From Elusimicrobiota bacterium (GTDB taxonomy: Bacteria; Elusimicrobiota; Elusimicrobia; 2-02-FULL-39-32): a stretch of 64,000 bases of DNA. The translations under genes and the position numbers were made by a program. The notes below the pieces were generated by a model. That model saw nothing but the letters and a program-made list of their open reading frames with translations. It was not told where the DNA came from and made no database searches. Below, piece after piece: positions 20,386 to 29,054 of the stretch. Position 1 is the first letter of the stretch, and each line of letters opens with the position of its first letter. The stretch spans positions 76,744 to 140,743 of the forward strand of contig JACPBF010000001.1 in NCBI GenBank assembly GCA_016180425.1. The letters are read 5' to 3'.

Positions 20386-21210
20386 TTGCCGCAATTTTTC
20401 GTTCCAAAAAAAAATATTCAATCCAATTCTTTCTTCTTTGAGCCTTCTGAATCCCATCACATTGCCCGAGTTTTAAGAAAAAAAACAGGTGATCTAATTC
20501 AAATATTTGATGGAAAAGGATGGGTTGGGTCTGCCCGAATTACAGAAACTTCTAATTCAAATAAAGTTATAGGGGAGCTCCTTCCATCTTTTAAAAATGA
20601 TTGCAGTGACCCTGCTTTTGAAAAAAATTATTCTTGTTTCTCCTTACATCTTTACCCGGCTCTGATTCAAAATTCTAATTTTGAATGGATGATTCAAAAG
20701 GTCACAGAAATTGGAGTAGACTCCATCCAACCTATTCTCACAGAACGAACACAAATTCATTTTTCTCCAGAAAAATCTAAGGCTAAGATAACAAGATGGG
20801 AAAAGATTATTTTATCCGCAGCAAAACAGAGCGGAAGAAAAACCTTACCCGATATCTCTACCCCACTCTCTCTAAAAGAGGCTCTTAAAAAAATTAAAAA
20901 AAATGAACCTCCGCACCCTCAAGAGGAGATACAGGTTCCAATAAAAGAAAACAGGCATGACTTAAAAATTATTCTTTGGGAAGGTGAGGAAAAAATTAGT
21001 CTTTCAAAAGTTCTTCATCAAACACAATCTTTTCAAAAGTCTAAAATTCATGTTTTTATAGGACCTGAAGGTGGTTTTACTATTGAAGAAATCCATGAAA
21101 CAAAAGAACATGGAGTCCTTGCCGTAACCATAGGAAACAATATTTTACGAGCTGAAACAGCTTCCCTTGCGGCAAGTTCGTTTATACTCCTTCATGCGGA
21201 ATTTCCTTGA
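20386..21210 (+). CDS. rsmE: 16S rRNA (uracil1498-N3)-methyltransferase RsmE family
   Basis: 274 aa; PUA-like N-terminus and SPOUT C-terminus (GPEGGFT, E...IHE..). TTG start. The 3' end overlaps the convergent gene by 19 nt. Confidence 0.7.
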   Translation: MPQFFVPKKNIQSNSFFFEPSESHHIARVLRKKTGDLIQIFDGKGWVGSARITETSNSNKVIGELLPSFKNDCSDPAFEKNYSCFSLHLYPALIQNSNFEWMIQKVTEIGVDSIQPILTERTQIHFSPEKSKAKITRWEKIILSAAKQSGRKTLPDISTPLSLKEALKKIKKNEPPHPQEEIQVPIKENRHDLKIILWEGEEKISLSKVLHQTQSFQKSKIHVFIGPEGGFTIEEIHETKEHGVLAVTIGNNILRAETASLAASSFILLHAEFP

Positions 21211-21758
21211 AAACTCATTTCAGCTTTCTTCAACTCACCTCCTAAATAAGCTGCTTGGGTGAGAGAAGTAACAAAACCTTCTCTTATGACCGTTTGATAA
21301 AGCTCCTCTGCATTTTTACCCTCAATCACAAAAAGCAACTGATGTTTTGGACCGTAATAGAGCGCTTTAATCAACTTTTTGTTTGAATCTATTTGAATGG
21401 TAAAAAAACCCTTTATGTCGCTTTGCGATTCCTTTTCAGTATTTGGGCGTGCCTTAATCACAGGAGCGCTCTCTTTTTCAATCTCTCTATTCTCTTCAAA
21501 AATCTCTAAGATTGTTTTTTGAGTTTGAAGGTCAATGATATTGATCACATAAACTGGACAGACTAGGGCAGATTCTTTAAATCTTTCTAATTCCTCACTA
21601 TTAATAACAAGTTCATAACAACCAGTTTCTGGATTTAAGATTGAGCCTTTAAGTACCGCTTTTTTTTCATGGTCCAAACTCCAAAATTCTGGTAACACCC
21701 CAACGCAAGAATTGGCTCCAATACACTCTTTTCGTTTATATATTACTTTATATTTCAT
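21192..21758 (-). CDS. ferredoxin-like protein (N-terminal Cys-cluster domain) with uncharacterised C-terminal domain
   Basis: 188 aa; N-terminus ECIGANSCVGVLPEFW...CPVYVI resembles single-cluster ferredoxins but one Cys position is Ala. C-terminal ~90 aa not recognised. Sits directly downstream of the B12-radical SAM gene on the same strand. Confidence 0.4.
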   Translation of the reverse strand: MKYKVIYKRKECIGANSCVGVLPEFWSLDHEKKAVLKGSILNPETGCYELVINSEELERFKESALVCPVYVINIIDLQTQKTILEIFEENREIEKESAPVIKARPNTEKESQSDIKGFFTIQIDSNKKLIKALYYGPKHQLLFVIEGKNAEELYQTVIREGFVTSLTQAAYLGGELKKAEMSFQGNSA

Positions 21759-21818
21759 TAGTGTTTTCCTTTGTTGGATACCGCATAGCCCTTTTAAGGG
21801 TGCTGAGGTTCACTTAAA

Positions 21819-23234
21819 TTAACCAGAAAATGCGATCCCAGAGACAAATCGCATCGCTTCATAATATTGTTTAAAATCATCCCAGCTCCGAATTTTTTTA
21901 ATATGTTTAAGCACATAACTTGGGCGAAAATAAAATTTTTTGTACGCTTTACGAATAATGGATTCTACTTCTTTTGCATCCTTGTAACCTTCAGGAATAT
22001 ATTGAGCAGTGGTCCTCCCCTTATATTCATCAATAATTTTACCTGAACGAGCTAATTCGCTGTATAGTTCTGTTCCATACTCTGGAAAGTATGGATGAAA
22101 AAGCATATAAGTAATATCGTTTTTAATTGCAAATTTCACGCTTTCCATGGCAGTTTGAGGAGTTTCTCCAGGCAAGGATAAAATAAAAGAGCCCCGAACA
22201 TCCATCCCTGATTCTCTGACCCAACCAATGGATTGAGCCAATTGCTCAACTGTTACCCCTTTTTTAACTTGGTCCAGAACGGATTGAGTTGCAGATTCAA
22301 AACCAATATAAACATTCCAGCACCCGGATTTTGCAGAAGCATCTACCATCTTTTTAGTCATTGAACCTGCATAACCATAACATTGCCATGCGATTTCTAT
22401 TTTGTTCTGGTGAAGAAGTTCACAAAATTCTAAAACCCATGGTTCGTCAACCAAAAAGATATCATCCCAAAAAGCTACTTCTTTAACCCCCTGTTCTTCT
22501 ACAGCCATTTGAATATCTGCAATAACTCTTTTAACTGAATGGCGACGATATTTTTGGGCTGCGCTGCCGGATTCAAAACAAAAAGTGCAACGGCCATAAG
22601 AACAACCGCGTGAAGAAAGATAAGCAATGATAGGTTTCTTTTTATATTGAAGAGGAAGGGGAATATATCGTTTTAGATCAAATACTCCAAAATCTGGTTG
22701 CGGTAAAAGATCTAAATTCATTAAAATGGGTCGCGATGGAGTCCTAATAATTTTATCTCCATTTCTATAACAGATACCTCTTACTGTTGAGATATCCGCC
22801 TTATTTCTTATTTTAAGAATTAACTCTTGCAGAGTCTGCTCTGCTTCTCCTATCACTACATAGTCTAATCCAGGATTTTCTAACATCACGCTCTCCGCAA
22901 AAGTGGTGGCTAGAGTGCCGCCTAAAAAAATTGGAGCTGCAGATTTTTCACGAATCATCTGAATAAGATGTTTTACAACTTCACGAGTGGCCAGTTGTGC
23001 GGTGATGCCAATCATGTCTGGTTGAGATTGCATACAATGGTTTACTACATCTTGCTGAGTATAATCTAAAATTGTTGAATCAATATATTCAAATTTACAA
23101 TCCAATTTCTTTATGATGCCAGCAAGAACTGCGATCCCAAAAGGAGCCCAATATCCATATTTAGTTCCTTTACGAGCTGAGCCATATGCTTTTTGAATAA
23201 TATCAAATGGAGGATTAATAAAAACGATCTTCAC
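21819..23234 (-). CDS. B12-binding domain / radical SAM domain protein (class B-like)
   Basis: 471 aa; Rossmann-like cobalamin-binding N-terminus. The Cys motif reads GCSYGRCTFC, i.e. Cx4Cx2C rather than the canonical Cx3Cx2C. Confidence 0.75.
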   Translation of the reverse strand: MKIVFINPPFDIIQKAYGSARKGTKYGYWAPFGIAVLAGIIKKLDCKFEYIDSTILDYTQQDVVNHCMQSQPDMIGITAQLATREVVKHLIQMIREKSAAPIFLGGTLATTFAESVMLENPGLDYVVIGEAEQTLQELILKIRNKADISTVRGICYRNGDKIIRTPSRPILMNLDLLPQPDFGVFDLKRYIPLPLQYKKKPIIAYLSSRGCSYGRCTFCFESGSAAQKYRRHSVKRVIADIQMAVEEQGVKEVAFWDDIFLVDEPWVLEFCELLHQNKIEIAWQCYGYAGSMTKKMVDASAKSGCWNVYIGFESATQSVLDQVKKGVTVEQLAQSIGWVRESGMDVRGSFILSLPGETPQTAMESVKFAIKNDITYMLFHPYFPEYGTELYSELARSGKIIDEYKGRTTAQYIPEGYKDAKEVESIIRKAYKKFYFRPSYVLKHIKKIRSWDDFKQYYEAMRFVSGIAFSG

Positions 23235-23295
23235 AACTACGATTATACTAAAAAATTAATAAACCCATAAATCAGAATCGTTGTCGCACAAAAAC

Positions 23296-23322
23296 TTGAA
23301 TAAAATACCTTTTTATTATAAT
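23296..23322 (+). promoter_or_regulatory. candidate promoter for cstA (-35 TTGAAT 23296-23301, 15-nt spacer, -10 TATAAT 23317-23322)
   Basis: Read from the sequence. The -10 lies 9 nt upstream of ATG 23332, which would give a very short leader. Spacer is short, hence low confidence. Confidence 0.3.
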
Positions 23323-23331
23323 CTAAATTTT

Positions 23332-25026
23332 ATGTCCTTATTACTGATCACTCTTATTTCCATCTCAATTTTATTTGCCGGATATTTTTTTTATGGAAAA
23401 TTTATTGCAAATGTTTTTGGCCTAACAAAAAAAAATATTACCCCTGCTTGTAAAATCAATGATGGCGTAGATTTTGTTCCTGCATCGCCTGTTATTTTAA
23501 TTGGCCAGCATTTTGCGGCAATCGCAGCTGTAGGACCTATTGCTGGACCTATTCTTGCCGCAAGCCTTTACGGCTGGCTGCCCAGCCTGCTTTGGATAGC
23601 GATTGGAGCTGTTTTTATTGGAGGGGTGCATGATTTCTCTGCTTTAGTCGCTTCCATCAGGCACGATGCCAAGTCTGTAGGAGAAGTTGTAAAGCTCTAT
23701 ATTGGACAAAAAGCCTATTTTCTTTTTCTTTGCTTTATCTGGATATCCCTTTTATATGTGATTGTAGTTTTTACGGATTTAACCGCAGGAGCTTTTGTCA
23801 GCCGTCCAGAATTAGGCGAAGAAAATTTTGGGCCAGGGGTTGCAACTTCTTCTTTCCTTTATTTAGGGTTAGCTTTACTCATGGGATTCTGCCTTTATCG
23901 CTGGAACTGGAGTCTTAAAAAAGCAAGTTTTATTTTTATTCCTTTAGTTTTTTTAATTATTTTTCTTGGCCAACAAATTCCAATAGAACTTCCTCCTGTT
24001 TTAGGCTCTTCTCAAAAAAGCTGGGATTTTCTGATTCTAATCTATTGTTTTATCGCTTCTGTTATACCCCTGTGGACTTTACTCCAGCCCAGAGGCTATT
24101 TAGGAGCAACCATTCTCTATGCTACTTTTATTGTAGGTGTTTTTGGAACTCTTTTTGGAGGATTCGAGATTCAATATCCAGCTTTAATCCATCCAGTAAC
24201 CGCAGATACTCCGCGCCTGCCAATATTCCCTTTACTTTTTACAACCATTGCTTGCGGCGCTTGTTCAGGATTCCATGGCTTAGTTTCAAGCGGCACAACC
24301 TCTAAACAACTGCGCCAAGAACCAGATGCTACAGCCGTAGGTTATGGGGGAATGCTCTTAGAATCGTTTGTTGCAATTGTGGCTCTTTCCACAGTGATGA
24401 TACTGCCTTTAAAAGATCAAACTCTTTCTTTAGGACCAGATGAAATTTATGCCAGAGGGCTGGCTCATTTTATGGCGCTTTTTGGCATGAGTTTTGGCGC
24501 TGCAGTCACCTTTGGAAAACTCGCTTTTGCTACCTTCATTTATGATACGCTAGATGTAGCTACCCGCTTAGGCCGCTATATATTCCAAGAACTTACAGGT
24601 TTAAAGGGAAAGATGGGAGCCTATCTTGCGACTTTCTTCACACTGCTTTTTCCAGGAATTCTAATTATGATTGATGTACAAGGAGTCAATGGCAGAATCA
24701 TTCCTATTTGGAAAATCTTCTGGCCAATATTTGGCTCAACTAACCAACTTCTGGCTGCTCTTACATTACTTGGCATCACAGTTTGGCTTAAAGCGACTGG
24801 AAAAAAATGGTGGGTTACAGCGCTGCCAATGCTCTTCATGCTAGTGACTACTTTAGGTTCTCTTATTTTGATTATAAAACCCTGGCTTTTAGGAATCTTA
24901 AAAGGTGGGCCGCTTTTTCACCCTGTAGGCACCACCGCGTTCTTACTTTTTATCTTAGCGCTCATCTTACTTGTTCAAGCTCTGCCAAAATTAATGCAAA
25001 AAACCATTTCAACCAAAGTTCATTAG
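23332..25026 (+). CDS. cstA: carbon starvation protein A family transporter (CstA/BtsT-like)
   Basis: Approx. 565 aa from ATG 23332 (track TTG start at 23281 possible); polytopic; CstA family N- and C-terminal signatures. Confidence 0.85.
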   Translation: MSLLLITLISISILFAGYFFYGKFIANVFGLTKKNITPACKINDGVDFVPASPVILIGQHFAAIAAVGPIAGPILAASLYGWLPSLLWIAIGAVFIGGVHDFSALVASIRHDAKSVGEVVKLYIGQKAYFLFLCFIWISLLYVIVVFTDLTAGAFVSRPELGEENFGPGVATSSFLYLGLALLMGFCLYRWNWSLKKASFIFIPLVFLIIFLGQQIPIELPPVLGSSQKSWDFLILIYCFIASVIPLWTLLQPRGYLGATILYATFIVGVFGTLFGGFEIQYPALIHPVTADTPRLPIFPLLFTTIACGACSGFHGLVSSGTTSKQLRQEPDATAVGYGGMLLESFVAIVALSTVMILPLKDQTLSLGPDEIYARGLAHFMALFGMSFGAAVTFGKLAFATFIYDTLDVATRLGRYIFQELTGLKGKMGAYLATFFTLLFPGILIMIDVQGVNGRIIPIWKIFWPIFGSTNQLLAALTLLGITVWLKATGKKWWVTALPMLFMLVTTLGSLILIIKPWLLGILKGGPLFHPVGTTAFLLFILALILLVQALPKLMQKTISTKVH

Positions 25027-25101
25027 AAAATAAAATTTAATGAAAAAATGATTTTCCGCGCCCACGAAGAGCGATGCGGTATCTGACAAGGGAAAACACT
25101 A

Positions 25102-25284
25102 ATGATTCAATTTTTAAAAAATTTAAAAAGCCGTTCAAAAATCATAAAAGATTTTTTAAATTTCTTATGGGAAAGAAAACTCTGGTGGCTTATTCCAATG
25201 ATCATAACGCTTCTCCTTATTGGTTTTATTCTAATTTTTAGCCAAGGATCTGCGGTAGCTCCTTTCATCTACACTCTATTTTAA
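25102..25284 (+). CDS. small membrane protein, DUF5989-like
   Basis: 60 aa; basic N-terminus, one TM helix, and the C-terminal ...GSAVAPFIYTLF that I recall as the hallmark of DUF5989 proteins found beside carbamoyltransferases. Confidence 0.5.
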   Translation: MIQFLKNLKSRSKIIKDFLNFLWERKLWWLIPMIITLLLIGFILIFSQGSAVAPFIYTLF

Positions 25285-25304
25285 TCCAACCAAAACAATC
25301 ATTA

Positions 25305-25330
25305 AACCCGAATATTACATTAGAAAATGA
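25305..25330 (+). repeat. 26-nt dispersed repeat AACCCGAATATTACATTAGAAAATGA (copy 1)
   Basis: Exact identity with 59893-59918. Located between the DUF5989-like and SxtJ-like genes. Confidence 0.7.
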
Positions 25331-25358
25331 GAACCGAGACAGAAAAGATAAGAAGACG

Positions 25359-25610
25359 ATGAAAAATTTAATTCTAAAGTTCGGGTTAAAATTTATATGG
25401 GGGCAATGGAAAAAATTTGCTTTCAAATTCGGAGAATTCATGTCCGGAGTGTCCCTGACAATCTTTTATTTTATTATTGTTACACCTCATGCAATAGTCC
25501 TTAAACTATTTTTAGATCCATTAAAAATAAAAAAATCAGCTAAAGAGACTCATTGGCATGTACGCAAATCTAATATTGGATCCATTGAAAATATTTCCAA
25601 ACAATACTAA
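25359..25610 (+). CDS. small membrane protein, SxtJ-like
   Basis: 83 aa; one central TM helix. Position between a DUF5989-like gene and a carbamoyltransferase matches the conserved SxtI/J/K-type neighbourhood. Family assignment is from memory, not a search. Confidence 0.4.
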   Translation: MKNLILKFGLKFIWGQWKKFAFKFGEFMSGVSLTIFYFIIVTPHAIVLKLFLDPLKIKKSAKETHWHVRKSNIGSIENISKQY

Positions 25611-25690
25611 ATTAATCCAAATTATTTGAATTATAGAATTCGAAAAAAAATTATAATCAGACATTAAACCCCAAAAGTTCTAACCTACAA

Positions 25691-27481
25691 ATGAACATTT
25701 TAGGAATTAGCTGTTTTTACCATGATGCAGCCTGTGCCTTAATTAAGGATGGAATGCTCATTGCCGCGGCTGAAGAAGAACGCTTTTCCAGAATAAAACA
25801 CGATAGCGATTTTCCGGAAAATGCGATCGCTTTCTGTTTAAAAAAGGGAACGATTATGCATCAAGATATTGACGCGTGTATTTTTTATGAAAAACCTTTT
25901 TTAAAATTTGAAAGATTATTCTTGTCCATCCTTTATGGTTATCCCCGCTCTCTAAAACTGTTTCAAGAGGCGATGAAAACTTGGCTCTCCAAAAAATTAT
26001 GGATTAAAAGTATTCTCCAAGAAAAATTAGGAATTCTAGAATCAAAAATTTTCTTTTCTGAACACCATCTTTCCCATGCAGCCAGCGCATTTTTTTGCTC
26101 TCCCTATGAAGAAGCAGCCATTCTCACAGTGGATGGAGTAGGCGAATGGACCAGCGCAAGTTTTGGCATTGGAAAATCTTATTGGAACGGCTCTAATGGA
26201 AACAATAGTTTAGAACTAGAAAACGAAATTCGATTTCCTCATTCTTTAGGAATGCTTTATTCTACCTTTACAGCTTTTTTAGGCTTTGAAGTGAACGAGG
26301 GGGAATATAAGGTGATGGGCATGGCTCCTTATGGGGAACCCAAATACATGGATAAAATTTATAAACTTATCCATGTAAATGAAGATGGAAGTTTTGTACT
26401 AGATATGACATATTTCTCCTATTATTATCACAACGAGAAAACTTTTACAGAAAAATTTACTCAACTTTTTGGAGAACCCAGAAACCCAAAAACAAGATTT
26501 GTGACTGATAAAACCAGCCTCTTTGACGATCCTAATCCTCCCACAAAAGAAGAATTAAAAATCAATCAATATTACGCGGATATAGCTGCAAGCATTCAAA
26601 AGATGACTGAAGAAATTATCTTAAAAATGGCAAAACATTTGTACAAAAAAACAGGTCTAAAAAAACTTTGCATGGCTGGAGGGGTGGCATTAAATAGTGT
26701 GGCCAATTATAGAATTCTCAAGGAAACCCCATTTGAAGAAATTTATATTCAACCTGCGGCCGGGGATTCTGGCGGGGCCATAGGAGCAGCTCTTTATTTT
26801 TATCATGTGATCTTAGGAAAACCCCGGGCTTTTGTTATGAAACATGCCTTCTGGGGGGAAGAACATAGGGAAAATTCAATTCATGAATTCTTAAATAAAG
26901 AAGGAATTAAATATGAAACAATTGAAAATGATGAAAAATTATTTGAAAGAATAATTGATCGTCTCCTGAAAGGAAATGTGATCGGGTGGTATCAAGGTGC
27001 ATTTGAATGGGGACCTAGGAGCTTAGGAAACCGTTCAATCTTAGCGGACCCCAGAAACCCAAAGATGAAAGAGTTGGTGAATATTAAAATTAAATTTAGG
27101 GAACCTTTTAGACCCTTTGCTCCAAGTGTGATTCAAGAAGAATGCGAAAAATATTTTGATATTCCAGATGCCCAAAAACACTACCCCGCGCGGTTCATGC
27201 TTTACGTAACAGCCGTGAAGAAAGAGCAGCAATCACACTTACCCGCCATTACCCACGCGGATGGCACCGGACGGCTTCAAACCGTATTTAAAGAAACCAA
27301 CCTGCGTTACCACCGCCTGATTCAAAAATTTGGAGAAGCTACAGGAATTCCTGTTCTTCTCAACACCTCTTTTAATCTCAAAGGCGAACCCATTGTCAAT
27401 ACTCCCCAAAATGCCTACAATACATTTATGAACAGCGGCATGGATGCATTGATCCTTCAAAATACTCTCATAACTAAATAG
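25691..27481 (+). CDS. carbamoyltransferase (NodU/CmcH family)
   Basis: 596 aa; N-terminus MNILGISCFYHDAACALIKDGMLIAAAEEERFSRIKHD is the canonical NodU/CmcH start; C-terminal carbamoyltransferase domain present. Confidence 0.85.
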   Translation: MNILGISCFYHDAACALIKDGMLIAAAEEERFSRIKHDSDFPENAIAFCLKKGTIMHQDIDACIFYEKPFLKFERLFLSILYGYPRSLKLFQEAMKTWLSKKLWIKSILQEKLGILESKIFFSEHHLSHAASAFFCSPYEEAAILTVDGVGEWTSASFGIGKSYWNGSNGNNSLELENEIRFPHSLGMLYSTFTAFLGFEVNEGEYKVMGMAPYGEPKYMDKIYKLIHVNEDGSFVLDMTYFSYYYHNEKTFTEKFTQLFGEPRNPKTRFVTDKTSLFDDPNPPTKEELKINQYYADIAASIQKMTEEIILKMAKHLYKKTGLKKLCMAGGVALNSVANYRILKETPFEEIYIQPAAGDSGGAIGAALYFYHVILGKPRAFVMKHAFWGEEHRENSIHEFLNKEGIKYETIENDEKLFERIIDRLLKGNVIGWYQGAFEWGPRSLGNRSILADPRNPKMKELVNIKIKFREPFRPFAPSVIQEECEKYFDIPDAQKHYPARFMLYVTAVKKEQQSHLPAITHADGTGRLQTVFKETNLRYHRLIQKFGEATGIPVLLNTSFNLKGEPIVNTPQNAYNTFMNSGMDALILQNTLITK

Positions 27482-27510
27482 GTGATTCTCTATAACCCTT
27501 ATTATTTAAC

Positions 27511-27539
27511 TTGACATATTAAAATTGCAGGGTTATAAT
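27511..27539 (+). promoter_or_regulatory. perfect consensus sigma70 promoter (TTGACA 27511-27516, 17-nt spacer, TATAAT 27534-27539)
   Basis: Exact consensus hexamers and optimal spacing. The -10 ends 8 nt before the ATG of the ATPase, implying a leaderless or near-leaderless transcript. Confidence 0.55.
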
Positions 27540-27547
27540 AAACCTTA

Positions 27548-28771
27548 ATGAAACCAAGAACACTCGCCAAAACGCTCCAAAGTGCTGTAAAAACATTCCC
27601 TGCGGTCGTAGTGACTGGACCTAGACAATCAGGAAAGACAACTCTTCTTAAGGCTCTTTTCTCAAAAACACACAAATTCATATCGCTTGAAGACCCCTCC
27701 ACTAGAATAAGAGCTAAAGAAGATCCTGTTGGTTTTTTAGAAGAAAACTCATCCCCAATCATAATTGATGAAATCCAATATGTTCCAGAGTTGCTATCTT
27801 ATATCAAAACCCTAATTGACCAAGATCGAAAACCCGGGCAGTGGTTATTTACTGGTTCTCAAAACTTTTCACTCATGCATGGTGTAAGCCAATCCCTTGC
27901 AGGAAGAGTTGCTGTTCTAACACTCCTTCCATTTTCGTTCTCTGAAAGAATTGGAAGGGGAGAGGAAACTCAACAGCCAGATCTTCTTTTAAAAAATTTA
28001 AGGTGTCATCAAGTTTTCAAAAATAAATTATCAATATCCTATGTTATTCTAAGAGGCAGCTATCCTGAAATAACAACGAAAAAGAATATTGACCGACAAT
28101 TATGGTGTGGTTCGTATATTTCAACTTATCTTGAAAGAGATGTTAGAAATCTAGCTAATATTGGAGACTTAAATCAATTTCAAAGATTTCTAAAGATTTG
28201 TGCTACCAGAACAGGGCAAATTCTTAATCTCTCAGCGATTGCAAGCGAAATTGGAATTAGTGTTGTAACAGCAAAAAGGTGGATTTCCATTTTGGAGGCA
28301 GGGCACCAAGTATTCTTGCTCTATCCTTATTATAAAAATATTGGAAAGCGCCTTATAAAAAGTCCTAAGCTGTATTTTAACGATACGGCAATCGCTTCAT
28401 ATCTTCTAGGACTTCACACTAATGAAACACTCATTCAAAGTCCAAGCTTTGGTAATTTGTTTGAAACTTTCATCATAACAGATTTCCTTAAACGTTTTCT
28501 TCATTCTGGACAGTCACCCTCTCTCTATTACTTGAGAACGAAAGATGGCATGGAAATTGATCTCGTGATAGAATGTGCCCAAAAACTTTATCTTTTTGAA
28601 ATTAAAAGCGGGATGACAATCTACCCTCAGCATGCCTTATCATTAGTAAGGATCAAGAATGAGCTTGGCAATTTTGTAAAGGGAACTTCTATTATCTCTA
28701 GATCTTTTCAGGATTTTAATATTAAAAAAGGTGTGATGAATTACTCTTGGTCAAACATTTTAAGCATTTAA
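27548..28771 (+). CDS. AAA+ ATPase, DUF4143 / AAA_14-type
   Basis: 407 aa; Walker A GPRQSGKTTLL, Walker B IIIDEIQY, and the C-terminal domain typical of the widespread orphan archaeal/bacterial ATPase family. Confidence 0.75.
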   Translation: MKPRTLAKTLQSAVKTFPAVVVTGPRQSGKTTLLKALFSKTHKFISLEDPSTRIRAKEDPVGFLEENSSPIIIDEIQYVPELLSYIKTLIDQDRKPGQWLFTGSQNFSLMHGVSQSLAGRVAVLTLLPFSFSERIGRGEETQQPDLLLKNLRCHQVFKNKLSISYVILRGSYPEITTKKNIDRQLWCGSYISTYLERDVRNLANIGDLNQFQRFLKICATRTGQILNLSAIASEIGISVVTAKRWISILEAGHQVFLLYPYYKNIGKRLIKSPKLYFNDTAIASYLLGLHTNETLIQSPSFGNLFETFIITDFLKRFLHSGQSPSLYYLRTKDGMEIDLVIECAQKLYLFEIKSGMTIYPQHALSLVRIKNELGNFVKGTSIISRSFQDFNIKKGVMNYSWSNILSI

Positions 28772-28797
28772 CCCGAATTTGTCATATACATTTAAAC

Positions 28798-28869
28798 TGG
28801 GCCCGGACAGGATCGAACTGTCGACCCCCTCGGTGTCAACGAGGTACTCTTCCACTGAGCTACGAGCCC
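28798..28869 (-). tRNA. tRNA-Val (anticodon GAC)
   Basis: 72-nt cloverleaf read by hand: acceptor GGGCTCG/CGGGCCC fully paired, anticodon loop TTGACAC, T-loop TTCGATC, discriminator A. No encoded CCA. Confidence 0.85.
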
Positions 28870-29054
28870 TGAAAGAAGCAAATTATAACAAGTCCTATAC
28901 GCAGTAAGCAAACTTTTGTTCGATCTTTTTCTAAAATCCAATTTATGCTAAAATTTTAAAGTTGCGCTATTATAATAACGTGAGAAAATATCTTCACTGT
29001 GAAAAATGTGTAAGGCATTTTCATTCCTATCCACTTCAAACATAATCTTTAAAC

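Noticed and set aside
28772-29054. Integrase or excisionase expected next to a tRNA-bounded island
   Set aside because: No ORF with tyrosine-recombinase or serine-recombinase features occurs within several kb of either tRNA-Val copy. The segment is therefore described as a rearranged or decayed region, not an intact integrative element.
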